Shown piece after piece: positions 13,594 to 25,603 of a stretch of 64,000 bases of DNA. Source of the stretch: Bispira polyomma (Eukaryota); assembly GCA_965649765.1 (NCBI GenBank), contig OZ287755.1, positions 45,942,001-46,006,000 of the forward strand, written 5' to 3'. Under the pieces are notes generated by a model. That model saw only the letters and a program-made list of their open reading frames with translations. It had not been told where the DNA came from and made no database searches. Position 1 is the first letter of the stretch, and every line of letters begins with the position of its first letter. The translations under genes were made by a program, and so were the position numbers.

Positions 13594-15099
13594 AAATGAA
13601 TATGTAGGTGTTATTTCTTACATTTCTTTTGATTCAAAGAACAAGGTCACAATTTATCTCTAGGAATATTAATGAAATAATGTTCAAGTGGAAAAAGTTG
13701 ATGTCATAATTTCCAAAGGTTAAAAAAGTTAAAAAAAAAGTTTTGCAAAGTTGTATAATGTTTATTGGAGGAAAAAAAGACATATCTTCACAAACAGGTA
13801 GAACGTTTTATAATATAACATCAATGATAAAGTAAAATCAAAAGTAAAATATTTCTACATTCAACTAATTAATATTGTATATAACTGTTTATGTCATAAA
13901 CAAAATTAAAATAGTAGAGAATTTTAAATATTGTTGACAGCAGGAATAAAACTTTGCTGTCTTCTAATAATGTATTTTGACAAAACTTGAAATCCCATAA
14001 TTTTATTGGAGATTTTTTGTTTCTGTCGACATAAATTAAAAATCAATTTTACGGAGCTTTATTATAATTTTTCAACAATTAATTCATAATATAACGATAG
14101 TTTTTAGTATGTTTTAATTACAGATGTAAATCATGAAAAACTTTTTTGTTTTAAACCTTTAAGCATTATGATGTCACCATAGACGGAATGTTTTCAAAAG
14201 TAAATGATGTTTACTATTCTATGACTTTTGGGGGTATTTTTTTCTTACATTTGGTTCGATTTCTAAGCTGGATAATGATCAAATACAGTGTATAATAAAA
14301 GTAGACCCTTTGATGTTGTGTGTACTAGTGTTAGCTCCTGATGAGTATAGTTTAAAATGATGAAAATCAATAAAAAGACAAATAGGCACATGCCATGCAG
14401 TCATCTGGGGTGAGTTTTTAACAAAGGCATATACGTCCTAGGCCTATGCATACGGATAATCTGTTAGGTCTTAAACTTTAACCAGTTGGAAATTTTTTCC
14501 CAAGATCATGAGTGGACAAACAAACATGTCCATGTTAGAACACTGCATTGATTATATTCTGAGCCATCCGGTTGTTTTTCAGCACCATCTTGGTTTACAC
14601 ATAGGTAAATAGATGACGTAGGCTAAATGTATTCAAGATATGTGGCACTGGGGTACCTGCCTGTGAAATGCAAGCAGTTTCCAAGGTTGAATATCTTCCC
14701 TCCACATCGCTCCCAAGGAAAATATCGGTGGCCACTTCATTGCAGCATCTGATTGAACTGTAGTATAATGGATCGACGAATTGCAAGGTGGGTAATGGTT
14801 TGAAATAAATGCTCTGGTTAATACCCCTGTTCCACTATGGTGATCACAGCACCCAAATGTTATGCTCTCATAAATATAATAAGCATATTCTACCCAATTC
14901 ACTTTTGAGTGAAGGGTTTCCCGAATAAAATTTTAAGATAGCTGTCTCCTATGGAGGAAATCAGAAATTGTAACTCACAAACGAAGAACGCAGAAGAAAT
15001 TTTTTTTTTGAAAATCAAGAAATATTATTTGATGAGGCACTGCACAATGTATAAACTACTGCATCCTTCTAAAATGTACCATATTTTTGGAATATAGCA

Positions 15100-15460
15100 T
15101 ATTATTATTATTATTATTATTATTGATTTTTAATGTGCTTTATTGATGCCAGGCATCTTCTAAAGCGCAACAGCAGAATCATTGGTCCAATCATTAAGTC
15201 CATGGACATTGCAAAGTCATAAGGAAGGAAGTGGGAGCATGCACGAGGAAAGCTAAGGTGGGTAGGCAAGGTTAAAAAGATAGGTTTTAAGCTTTTTCCT
15301 AAAACCAATAAGTGTCGACTGGGAGACTGTTCCATAACCGTGGAGCTGCAGTGGAGAACGCTCTGAATCCCGCCTTCCTGATTGGTCTGACCAAATAAAC
15401 CATAAGTCTGTTACCTCTCTTGCAGTTACTGAAGGAGAGAAGGGAGGCAAGGTAGGGGGG
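15100..15460 (-). mobile_element. 5'-truncated L2/CR1 3' fragment with (TAA)n tail
   Basis: Encodes ...PYLASLL...GFRAFSTAAPRLWNSLP...FRKKLKTYLFNLAYPP; highly similar to 28806-29170. Confidence 0.85.
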
Positions 15461-16441
15461 CTGTTAAGTGACTACAGCCTTAAAAATAGTAACGTAATAA
15501 AATAAAATAATAATAAAAATAAATGTAAAAAAGTAATAGTATACTGCCCATTTAGAAAATAATGAACTTTTAGAATTCCCGAATGCTTCTACACAAAACA
15601 CATCCTGTGAACATTACCTTTTTTCAAACAAAAATTTTTCACCATGTAGAAGCCAAAAAATAATTAATGAACCTAATTTTTGTAAACTATTCGCTTCCAA
15701 CACTTGTAATTTGGTATATAGTGAACACTTTTTGTGTCAGAAAGGCTCAGTGTATAAGTATGTGCCTTAGTTATGACAATGTAGAATAATATAAATATTA
15801 ATATTACGCAAATGAGTAAAAAATATAACCTTATCATGCTGTGTAAGGGAATACCATACAATCAATAATAGGATCTATTCTGTAGTAAATGAACTTCACA
15901 AAATGGGTTCATATGTAAAAAAATTACAGGGGTTGAAAGGACAAACTTCACAAAATTAAACTAAATGTGGCGCCCAGTTAAAGGTATTATCCAGTGTCGA
16001 AAGAATAGTGAACAAGTCATGAAGTGCAGATTTATTAGTTTGGTTTTGCAACCTCCAATATATAACTAATCAATTATTGAGATTAGAGAGTGTGTATCTA
16101 ATATATCATCTGCACAGCAATTATATAATTAAATGCCAGTTAATGTATTATTAAATAATACAATATACCATTATGTTATGCACATATTCATGGCCATATA
16201 GGCTTGATTTACCCTTCAGTTGTTTTGTCAAGTTGTCCATTATTGTGAAATATTCAGGCGTTTGGTGAATACTATTCAGATCTCTAGTTTAGGGAACGTG
16301 TAGTGTCATTTCGGTCATTTAGAAGCATGTATTTTTAAATGTTATGTACATAGTGCATATATTGAACAAAATTGAGTTTGTAATGTTCTCTTATTTTATA
16401 ACTGCATCTACGATACAGCATAAACAAGCAAAGTTGGAAAT

Positions 16442-19400
16442 ATGAGCAGACAGAATTATTTTATGAAGCAACCTCCTAAATCAAGAATTTTAAGTTCCAA
16501 ACCTCCGATCCATACTGCAGTCCAGGGGAGCCGGAGTCATTTATCGGAGATACGTACCCAGCTAGTATCAGCTATCGATGGAACAAGTGGTACTAAGGAA
16601 GGTAGAAGGGCTTCAGTATTCACCCACCAGAAGTCTACCGGAGCTCTACTAGACTCCAACAAACCATGGTCAAGAAGTGGAATGAGACATAGAAGCTCTC
16701 CACATGTGTCTAAGGTAAACAGACCAACACTTCCTCAAGGGCGTTTTGATGCCAGCATCACTAGAGCATGGACTAAGTCAGGAATGTATCAAAAGTCTCC
16801 GTATCTGGATGACAATGAAGGTTATTTGTCCATGGCTTCCCCAAGGTGTAAAGCTTACGGAAGTATGGAACGGCTTCACAGAGGTTTACCTGTAATACGT
16901 AAGTTTTTCAACTTATAATTTTGAGGGAGGCACACCAAATTCTACTATCAATGCCACTGTGTCCTCATTTGAATAACACACTCAGGAATATAGGATATGT
17001 GGGTTTAAGCCTAGCCTCAGTAAACCAGGTACAGGCAGGTATATAGTGACTCAGACAACCATTTTAAAACGGTAGTCAATTTAGATGGGGTTCTCTACCT
17101 TTTGACAGGGTTAATTTTCTTGTGAGGCGTTGATAAATGGTGAAATCCTGTAACTGGTAGGTTTTCCCGTGACCTGCACTTTTTTGTACAATTTTTGAAA
17201 AGATGGCGATCCTATAAGATGGCTTGAGGTATAGCTATGTTTAATTCAAACTAATTTAGTTTACACTTTTGTTCAACTTGACCATGTAAAAAATCTTGAA
17301 TTGGTTATAACCATGTTTTATTCTTTGATATATAATATTACAGGTGACACTCGACACTTTTGGCAGATAGTGGATGCATTGCAAAAAAGAATATATGAAT
17401 ACAGATATCAAAAACTATTGTCACAGTAAACCACATAGTTTGTAAATATATATTTTACTGTAGGAATTCCACAAGTATGACATATTAATAATGCTGCATA
17501 TTGTAGAGTGTCCGAAACTTGATTTTAAGTAAGGGTGTCCAAAATAGGACAATAGCAGTCCCTAGATCAATTTCCGTGGAAAGGTTTGAAGCAAGGTACT
17601 TCCCCAAAAAGTTGTTCCTCTCCACCCATGTGTATAAATGGACATACAAGGGCCCGTATTCACTAAAGTTCTTATACTTAGAATCAAAGCTAATTCCCAG
17701 AAAATTTTCCAAGAATGAGCAAAAATTGTAAGTATAAGAATTTTTCTAAGAATAAAAACTTTAGTGAATACTCCCTCTGGCATTCTTATGTATTGCTCAT
17801 CACGTCGCTTGAATATAAGAGTTGTTTATACACAAATGGTTGCAAAGGAAATCTAAATGTTGGTGATTTATTGATTTTTACGAAAGAGTATCAGGGCCAT
17901 AGCAGTGGTGTCTTAATATTGTCAGTGTTGGTGGGGTCTATTTTACTAGTGTTGGCAGGCTATAACTTAATATTTTGTCTTAGAATTTGTTGTACAAAGA
18001 TTAAGCGCTGTAAAAGTACTACTAGATTAGATTAGATTAAGCTGTGACTTAGCTTCAAAAATGACGTAATTATGACGTTGCTGTGACGTATTATTCACAA
18101 TAAAGGGCTGGTAAGTGGGGTACTCGTCCATAAACATAAATATCTAAGCTTTTTCTCAACGCATTTTAATGCAAAAAAACACAGTAGTCGCAATAAAAAA
18201 AGCTTGTTCAGTTGTCTTCAGAAATTGGACAGTCCTCCGATTTTTTCACTCCCTGACAGATAAAATGTTGGCCGAACAGTCTGCCGACGTCTGTTCTGAT
18301 CTGTTGCAAATATGCTGAAAGGAAGCACTTTGTAGTATTGTGTAATAAGGGAAAAAATCGGCCGATGTTGACTGACGTCTGTCAAGAAAAACATGCTGAA
18401 AGGAAGCTTATGTAGGCTTAATCAGTTTTTGAGTAGTGTTATGTCCTGGTCAAACGTACAGAGCTACGTTTGTGTCACGTTGTGTCAATTTTGGAAATGT
18501 TTTGAAACGTAGTAGGAAGTGAGGATGTCTGGTGCATTCGATCCGTGACGTTGCTTAACAGATGGTATCGTTCTGGGAACCTCTCCGTTTCGTCTGCTGA
18601 GACGATTGTTTCAAACTGTTTAAAACAATCATGTCACAGCTCCCGTTTCTTCCTGTTTCGCTCTCCGTCCCGGAACGTTTCCGGAAGTAGCATAGACATA
18701 TCAGTAAGTAGCTTTACGTAGTAGTAGGTAACGAGGAAGTCCCAGTAAGTAGTAATATTGTCTCCACTCGTTGTATTTGTTTTACTAGGTAGTAGAATGA
18801 AGCAGAACACACCAGTAAGTAGCAGTACAGTAGCTCTAAGTAGTAGTAGGTAGTGATATCTTACCAGTAAAGTATCCGTTTTTTGCCCCCGTTCTATGTG
18901 TATAAGTACCAACATCATCACAAAACGTCATGAAACGTCACAAAAACATCACAATCGACTACCCCTTTATGAAAATGACATCACTTTGACATGAAACTAC
19001 CACATTTTTAGTGTATATTGCTTGGGTACTTTGAGGGACGTTAATATGTGTAGGTGTGATCAGGCCATTAGTGAACTTATTCAGTAGTGTTGGTGAACTT
19101 ATTCAGTAGTGTTAGGGAACTTATTAAGTAGTGTTGGTGAGCTTATTCAGTAGTGTTGGTGAACTTTTTTAGTAGTGTTGGGGAACTTATTCAGTAGTGT
19201 GGTAAGCAGGACACCTTCAGGGCACTGCTACGTCAGTCCACAAACACCATTAATTTGATCCACCTTAAAATTTAACTTTGCTACTACCTTCATTACTACC
19301 ACCCTCTGTCCATCCATAAGACGAGCCAATAGCATTGCTGGAATGCCTCTCATCTTCCCGCTAAAAGCTAGGGACAGGATATTAAGATTTGCATTTGAAA

Positions 19401-22400
19401 TGAGAAGAAGTGAAATTTTTAAATATTGGATTTTATACAAGTTTTTTTAGATTTTTACAAGTTATACTGTTTTAATTATATGATGTCTAGTACAACATAC
19501 ACATACTAACATGGGGAAGACGAAAACAACTATTCACAGCATAGCTAAGTCGAAGAAACCAGCAACAAGATGAGCCAAAGTACTGACAGTAATGGAGGAC
19601 ACGGTTCAAAAGGTATCTAATTCTATTGACCACGCTTCGTTCACCAATACTCCTGGCATTGTTCCAACAAGTGTCCCCGTTCTCCAGCAGGAGACCAGAC
19701 CCAGTACTATGCCGCTACCCACACTCGGTAAACCCACGACTTCACAATCGGGCTCTGAGGAGATGCTCTCCATACTAAGAAGATTGGAGTCGTCCAATAT
19801 CTCGTTATCCCAACGAATCGAACGAGTGGAAGCTCAGGCAGCCTCTAACGGGCCCTTGTTGGTATCTCCACAAGTACACAGAATTGAAGAACAACCACGT
19901 CTTCTAGCACCTCACAATGCCTTAAGCGCTGCTCACACTGCACCGTTACAATTTCGCAGTTGACAAGCCAGCTCGGACTCGGGGGAACGCAAGGCCTACC
20001 TACACAAGGTCTGATGCCACCAGTAACACACTCTGGGTTAAGCTCCTCTCTCACTGCGCCGATACAGCCACAGGGCATGAACTCACTTGAATACCAAAGG
20101 GATGGGTTTGTTCCCAGTGTAGATGCCTTAAGAGCGATGCCCAGTGTCCAGTCAGCCGTCTCTCGCCAGCTAGCAGAGTATGAAGCACTGGCTCACAGAC
20201 ACCTTTTACAAGGTAAGGTGAATCCTAGAACTAAGTCAGGCCGGTTCAACAGCACAGATGTCACAACTGTGGATGCTCGATTTCATTGGTCCAATGAGGG
20301 ATGGGTAGGGGGATCTGCGTGGAAATGCCCGCCCTACGACGAGTTGACCTTACCGCAATGGGCGGCCAGACAGATCTTCAAGTTCAGGACAATGTTCTCA
20401 TGTGCAGTATGATGCACCAGCTAGTATTTGCATTGAGAGATGCTGCCTCGCTCCAGTGGCCAGTTGTCAGGACAGGCTGGGCCCTCAATATGCAAGAGAT
20501 GGAGGAGGGTCGGCTGTCCTGGCAGGAGAATACACAGTGGGCGTTAAACAGATTAAATGCATCACAACTCGTGATGGCAAACAACAGCCACAGTCATAGC
20601 TCTAACACAAGCCAAGGGGTGAGCTCGAATGAGGGGAAGGTAATCATATGTAAACTATTTAACAATGGAAAGTGTTCTTATAAGTCAGATCATAGCAGTT
20701 ACAAGCATAACTGCTGGCATTGCAGTAAGATATTAGGGAAGGAACAGAATCACCCAGAATTTAAATGCTACTGAGCAAATTCCAACAAACAAACTGAGAA
20801 TTGTAATACTAATAAATAGGAGGTCATTCGGCCACCAAAACCACAGCTAGTAAACAGTGGGTTAGAAATATGTAAGGACAGAATGAACAGTCAGGTAGTT
20901 GTTAAGAAAGATGAATTAGTAGATACACAGCAGCAACTATGTGACGTTGAGTATAACACCTCACAAGTAGATGAATATGTAGAACATATAACTGATAAAA
21001 TGATGTAAAACCTGTAATTCAAGAAAGCTTTATGCGTTATAATGTGAATAATATAGATGTAAAATCATGTAATGTCGTTAATGTCAAAGATGTTTCAGAT
21101 CAAATTGTCAGACCAGCAGTCGAGAGTATGCATGTACAATTTAATCCACCTGACAGGGGCGCTTACAAGGCAGTCAAGAGCTATAAGGTTCAGTATAACA
21201 GTTCTGATAGCGTTAATGATCTGACATTTATCAATGGCCACATGAACAACAGCAGAAAAAATGTTAAAGTAAAAATTGATGTAACAAATTGGAAATTTGT
21301 ACAAAATTGGGGGAATACAGCACTTCCAATAGTGCATGTTTCGAGCTACAAGGCACCTATTAAAGGGTTCTTCTGGCAAGAATGGGATGCAAATGCTGGT
21401 GTTCATTGTTATAGGCCTATTCAATTTGTGCCTGAGGGTTTTCTTCAAATAATACACTCATTTGAAGTTATAGTTGCATATAATGCAGTGGAAAATGATA
21501 TAAGTAACATGAATAGACTATTATCAGTAGAAGATAGACTACAAGCCAAGAATGCAAAATTTTTTCATAATAAAGATGTAATATGTATGAAAATATTTAA
21601 TCTGGACTATATCAGTTATATGCTAGAGATAAATGATAGTCTGATTGAAAAGTGTAATGATAAAGTATGTGAATTGGACATTAAGGCTACTGACAAAATG
21701 ACAGAAATGACTTTAATGAGCAGAAAGACGGCTGGGAACTGGACTGACGAGATCACAACAAGTAACACATGTTCGCCTTGTGAATTAGTCACAAATCCGT
21801 CTTCTTCTGAACAATTTAAGGAAATTATTAATACTGCAATGATTGAGCCTGGCAACAGGAATATCATTGACTGTAATGATCCTGAGAAAAACATAGGGTT
21901 CATAGCACTTTCACCAACAAGATTTGCTTTCTGTGGGCCTTATAGACAGGCTATACACATTACATCAATTTCAGAAATTTTTAGAATAGCCAACATTATT
22001 AAGAGTACAGGTATGGCTAACTACAGACGGGCCAGAATACCAATCAGTTCTGGCCTTCATGTAGAAGCTTGGGAAAAATTACTTGAACACTACCCAGATC
22101 AACTGCTTTTGCAATATATCAAATTCGGCTTCCCTCTGTCGCTTGAAAACCCAGAGGGCATTGCTAACAATAAGGTACAAAACCATTTCTCAGCACTACA
22201 ACATCCACAGGCGGTCATGCAGTACTTAGAAAAAGAAAAATCATTAGGGGCTATGTTAGGGCCAGTAGAAGAGATTAAGGACTCACAGTATAATTGCTCA
22301 CCTTTATTAACCAGGCCTAAGGATATCACGAAGCGACGGGTAATACTGAACTTGTCCCATCCATATGGGACCTCGTTAATCGACAATGTAATTAGGGACA

Positions 22401-25400
22401 AATTTGATGGAGTATCTTTTGCGCTGAGATTCCCTAGCATTGACAATATTACACAAGCGATCCGACAAACTGCAAACCCAGTACTATTCAAAATTGACGT
22501 TGCGCGCGCGTTTAGGAATTTAAGAATGGATCCAGTCGATGCTGTAAAACTAGGAATATTTTGGAATAATAAATACTACCTTGATCCAGCTATTGCATTC
22601 GGCTGGGTCCATGGCAGCGCGGCATTTCAGCGTTGCATAGACGCAATAACATCTTATATGGGAAAGCAGGGCTTTAGAGTGTTTGCCTACATTGACGATT
22701 ACATCTGCATTGTGTGTCTCGATGCATGTCTCACAGGATTTGGGGGCGTTTGGAACAATGAAGTATATGCTACCCCTTTTCATGACATTTTCAATGGCGA
22801 ACTAACGATAGTACACTTGGAAATGCTCAATATTAATATGGCTTTGAGAATTTGGGCCGAAAAATGGAAACATAAGAAGTTGAGCATTCACTGTGATAAT
22901 ATGGCTGTGGTTCTGGTGGTCGAATCACAAAAAACTAAGGATACATTTCTATCACTATGTTTACGGAACATTTGGTTAATTACAGCAACTTATGATATAA
23001 CCCATGAAATAAAACACATTCCTGGTAAAGATAATGTAATTGCTGATGCGTTATCCAGGATCTATTCAATAAAAAGTCCTAGTGAAGACATCTTGCAATC
23101 AATTAGAGATAATTATATATGGAAATCAGTACCTATCAAATTCCACCAGTACCAACAATTCATGGACTCTGCCTGGACCCGCATGAATACAGCCTTAAGA
23201 CCAAAAACAAACGCAGCTTATGGGTGTCAATTTAAGACTTTTTTAGCTTTCCTTCAATTTTCAGGGATTTCATATATTACTGTGCATGGCATTATAGCTT
23301 TCTTAGAATATCTGGTTCAACATCAGCTGTCCCCAGGTGCAATTAAAAATTATATGGCTGCACTAAGATTCACTGCAAACAAATATCACTGGGACTTATC
23401 CCCTTTCATACACAATTCTGTGGCACTTTTCTTGAGAAGTTTATCCCACAACTCCAACTTTAGGCCGAAACCTAAAGGAATTTTCACTATTCACCAGCTA
23501 TTGCAAATCTCAGTTACTTGTGAGATCTTAGATGAGCCTGTCCTCTTTAGAGCAATTTTTTTGTAGCCTTTTTCGACTTTCTACGATTATCAAACATGGC
23601 ACCTCATGCCAGGTCAGCTTTTGACCCTTGCAGGCATTTCCTTAGGAGGGATGTGGTCTTTGGTCATCCAGGGGCTCACATCATCATCAAATGGGCAAAA
23701 AATTTGCAAAACAGAAGTGACACGCACATAGTACAAATTCCACAATTAGAAAATAAGATTATTTGCCCAGTCACTGCGTTAAAAGCACTGCTTCAATCCA
23801 GAACATTAAGGAGTGGGGACCCTCTCTTTGCTACCATGACGAAACCACATTGGATTACAATATAGTACACATGGCTTCCACACCTTTAGAAGGTCGGGAG
23901 CCACCTTTGCCTTCAATCACAACGTATCCCTTCAAAATATTTTGTCGCATGGCCTTTGGAGATCATCAGCAGTATGGTCTTACCTCCAAAAAACATCCCA
24001 GGCTGCTTCTGTCGTCCCACTTACCTTTGCTTCTGCTATCCCTTCCCTTCTTTAGTTTGGCTTGGGGCATTAAAATTTTACTTATCTTAAAAATTTTAAG
24101 CAATTTTATGGTATGTTAATGTCAATTGTAAAATATATATATATATATGTATGCTAACATGTAAAAAATAAATACTCAGTCGAAATCTTTTATTACCTTC
24201 TTCACCATCACAATAAATACATCAGATCTGAAGATCAAACCTTTCACAACTCTTGACCTTGTAGCTTTAAAATCTTGCTTTCAACATTTGGGGACTGTGG
24301 TAAGCATTACACCTTCAGGGCACTGCTACGTCAGTCCACAAACACCATTAATTTGATCCACCTTAAAATTTAACTTTGCTACTACCTTCATTATTACCAC
24401 CCTCTGTCCATCCATAAGACGAGCCAATAGCATTGCTGGAACGCCTCTCATCTAACAGCTAGGGACACCATATTAAGATTTGTATTCGAAATGAGAAGAA
24501 GTGAAATTTTTAAATCCCACCACCTCCCCTTACCACAGCTGAGAAACTATATAAGGCAGATACTAAGGCATTATCACTCTTGAAATTTCAGTTGATGTTT
24601 GACTTTTGAGGAAACCACTGGGTTACCTCGAAATAGAATAGATGTCCTCACTTAAGTTAATAAATAAATTATGACTTTTGAATAAGTATTATAGAGTTAG
24701 GCTCTGGATTGCTGCGGGAGCCAGAGCCCACTGACCGTGTGGAGGATCCTGTCTCCTAAACCCCCCCTGAGCTACACGTCTAGGGAGCCAGGGTTGAATA
24801 GGAGCTATGGGAGACAGGAACCTCTGCTAGGCGATTAGGTGCCCTAGGTCCGGGGCTCCTAGCCATGGGGTTAGACTGAGCAAAACTGAAATAACTGACA
24901 AAGGACTGATGGAATGTTAAATGAATTCAGAAGGCAATTTATGGCTATATTATGACTTGACTAATAGGGAAAGTGTAATAGTTTATGGCATGTTTATGAA
25001 CAGCTGTACATGGTTTCTAGACATGGACTTGGTTGGTGCAGAACCGAGCTTAAATGAAAGGACAGACAGAGGGACTGTTATACAGGAAGTTTACAAAAGT
25101 GGTTTAGACTGAAGTTATGACCAAACCGATAGAGTAAAGTGATGTCAACCTATGGCCTGTTTATGGGCAACCGTAAATGATTTTAAATATGTGTTTATTT
25201 ATGCAGTCTCAGGCTGCACATGTGTAAATATAAACCCAGAAGGGGAATGCATCACTAACACAGGCTTGTGCCATGCATGCAGAATAATTGAATAATGTAC
25301 CAATATGTATGTATGTGAAGTACTAAATGTTCAAAATTCTATGTTTTAGATAGGCTAGTCCTAATTGTGTGAACTAAGATTGAACATAATATGATTTACG

Positions 25401-25570
25401 TAATGGCAGTAAGCATGAAATATACGAATGGTTATTGGTAATCTACTTTAGAGTTACTATTTGTATTACTGTTATGTACTTTCTTGGTTGTTACTTGCCT
25501 GTTGGGGCATTAAAATTTTACTTATCTTGAAAATTTTAAGCAATTTTATGGTATGTTAATGTCAATTGTA

Positions 25571-25603
<33 letters not shown>

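Noticed and set aside
14335-14370. CTGATGAG...GAAA resembling a hammerhead ribozyme core
   Set aside because: No pairing for stem II or the flanking stems.
14595-14902. Moderately GC-rich minus-strand ORFs
   Set aside because: No recognisable motif or convincing splice signals; possibly an old repeat.
17344-17428. Possible alternative terminal exon after 16898 (RDTRHFWQIVDALQKRIYEYRYQKLLSQ*)
   Set aside because: The acceptor and phase fit, but a 28-codon open frame can arise by chance; it needs transcript data.
21095-22783. Several antisense ORFs inside the Ngaro pol
   Set aside because: Shadow ORFs of the coding strand with no motifs.
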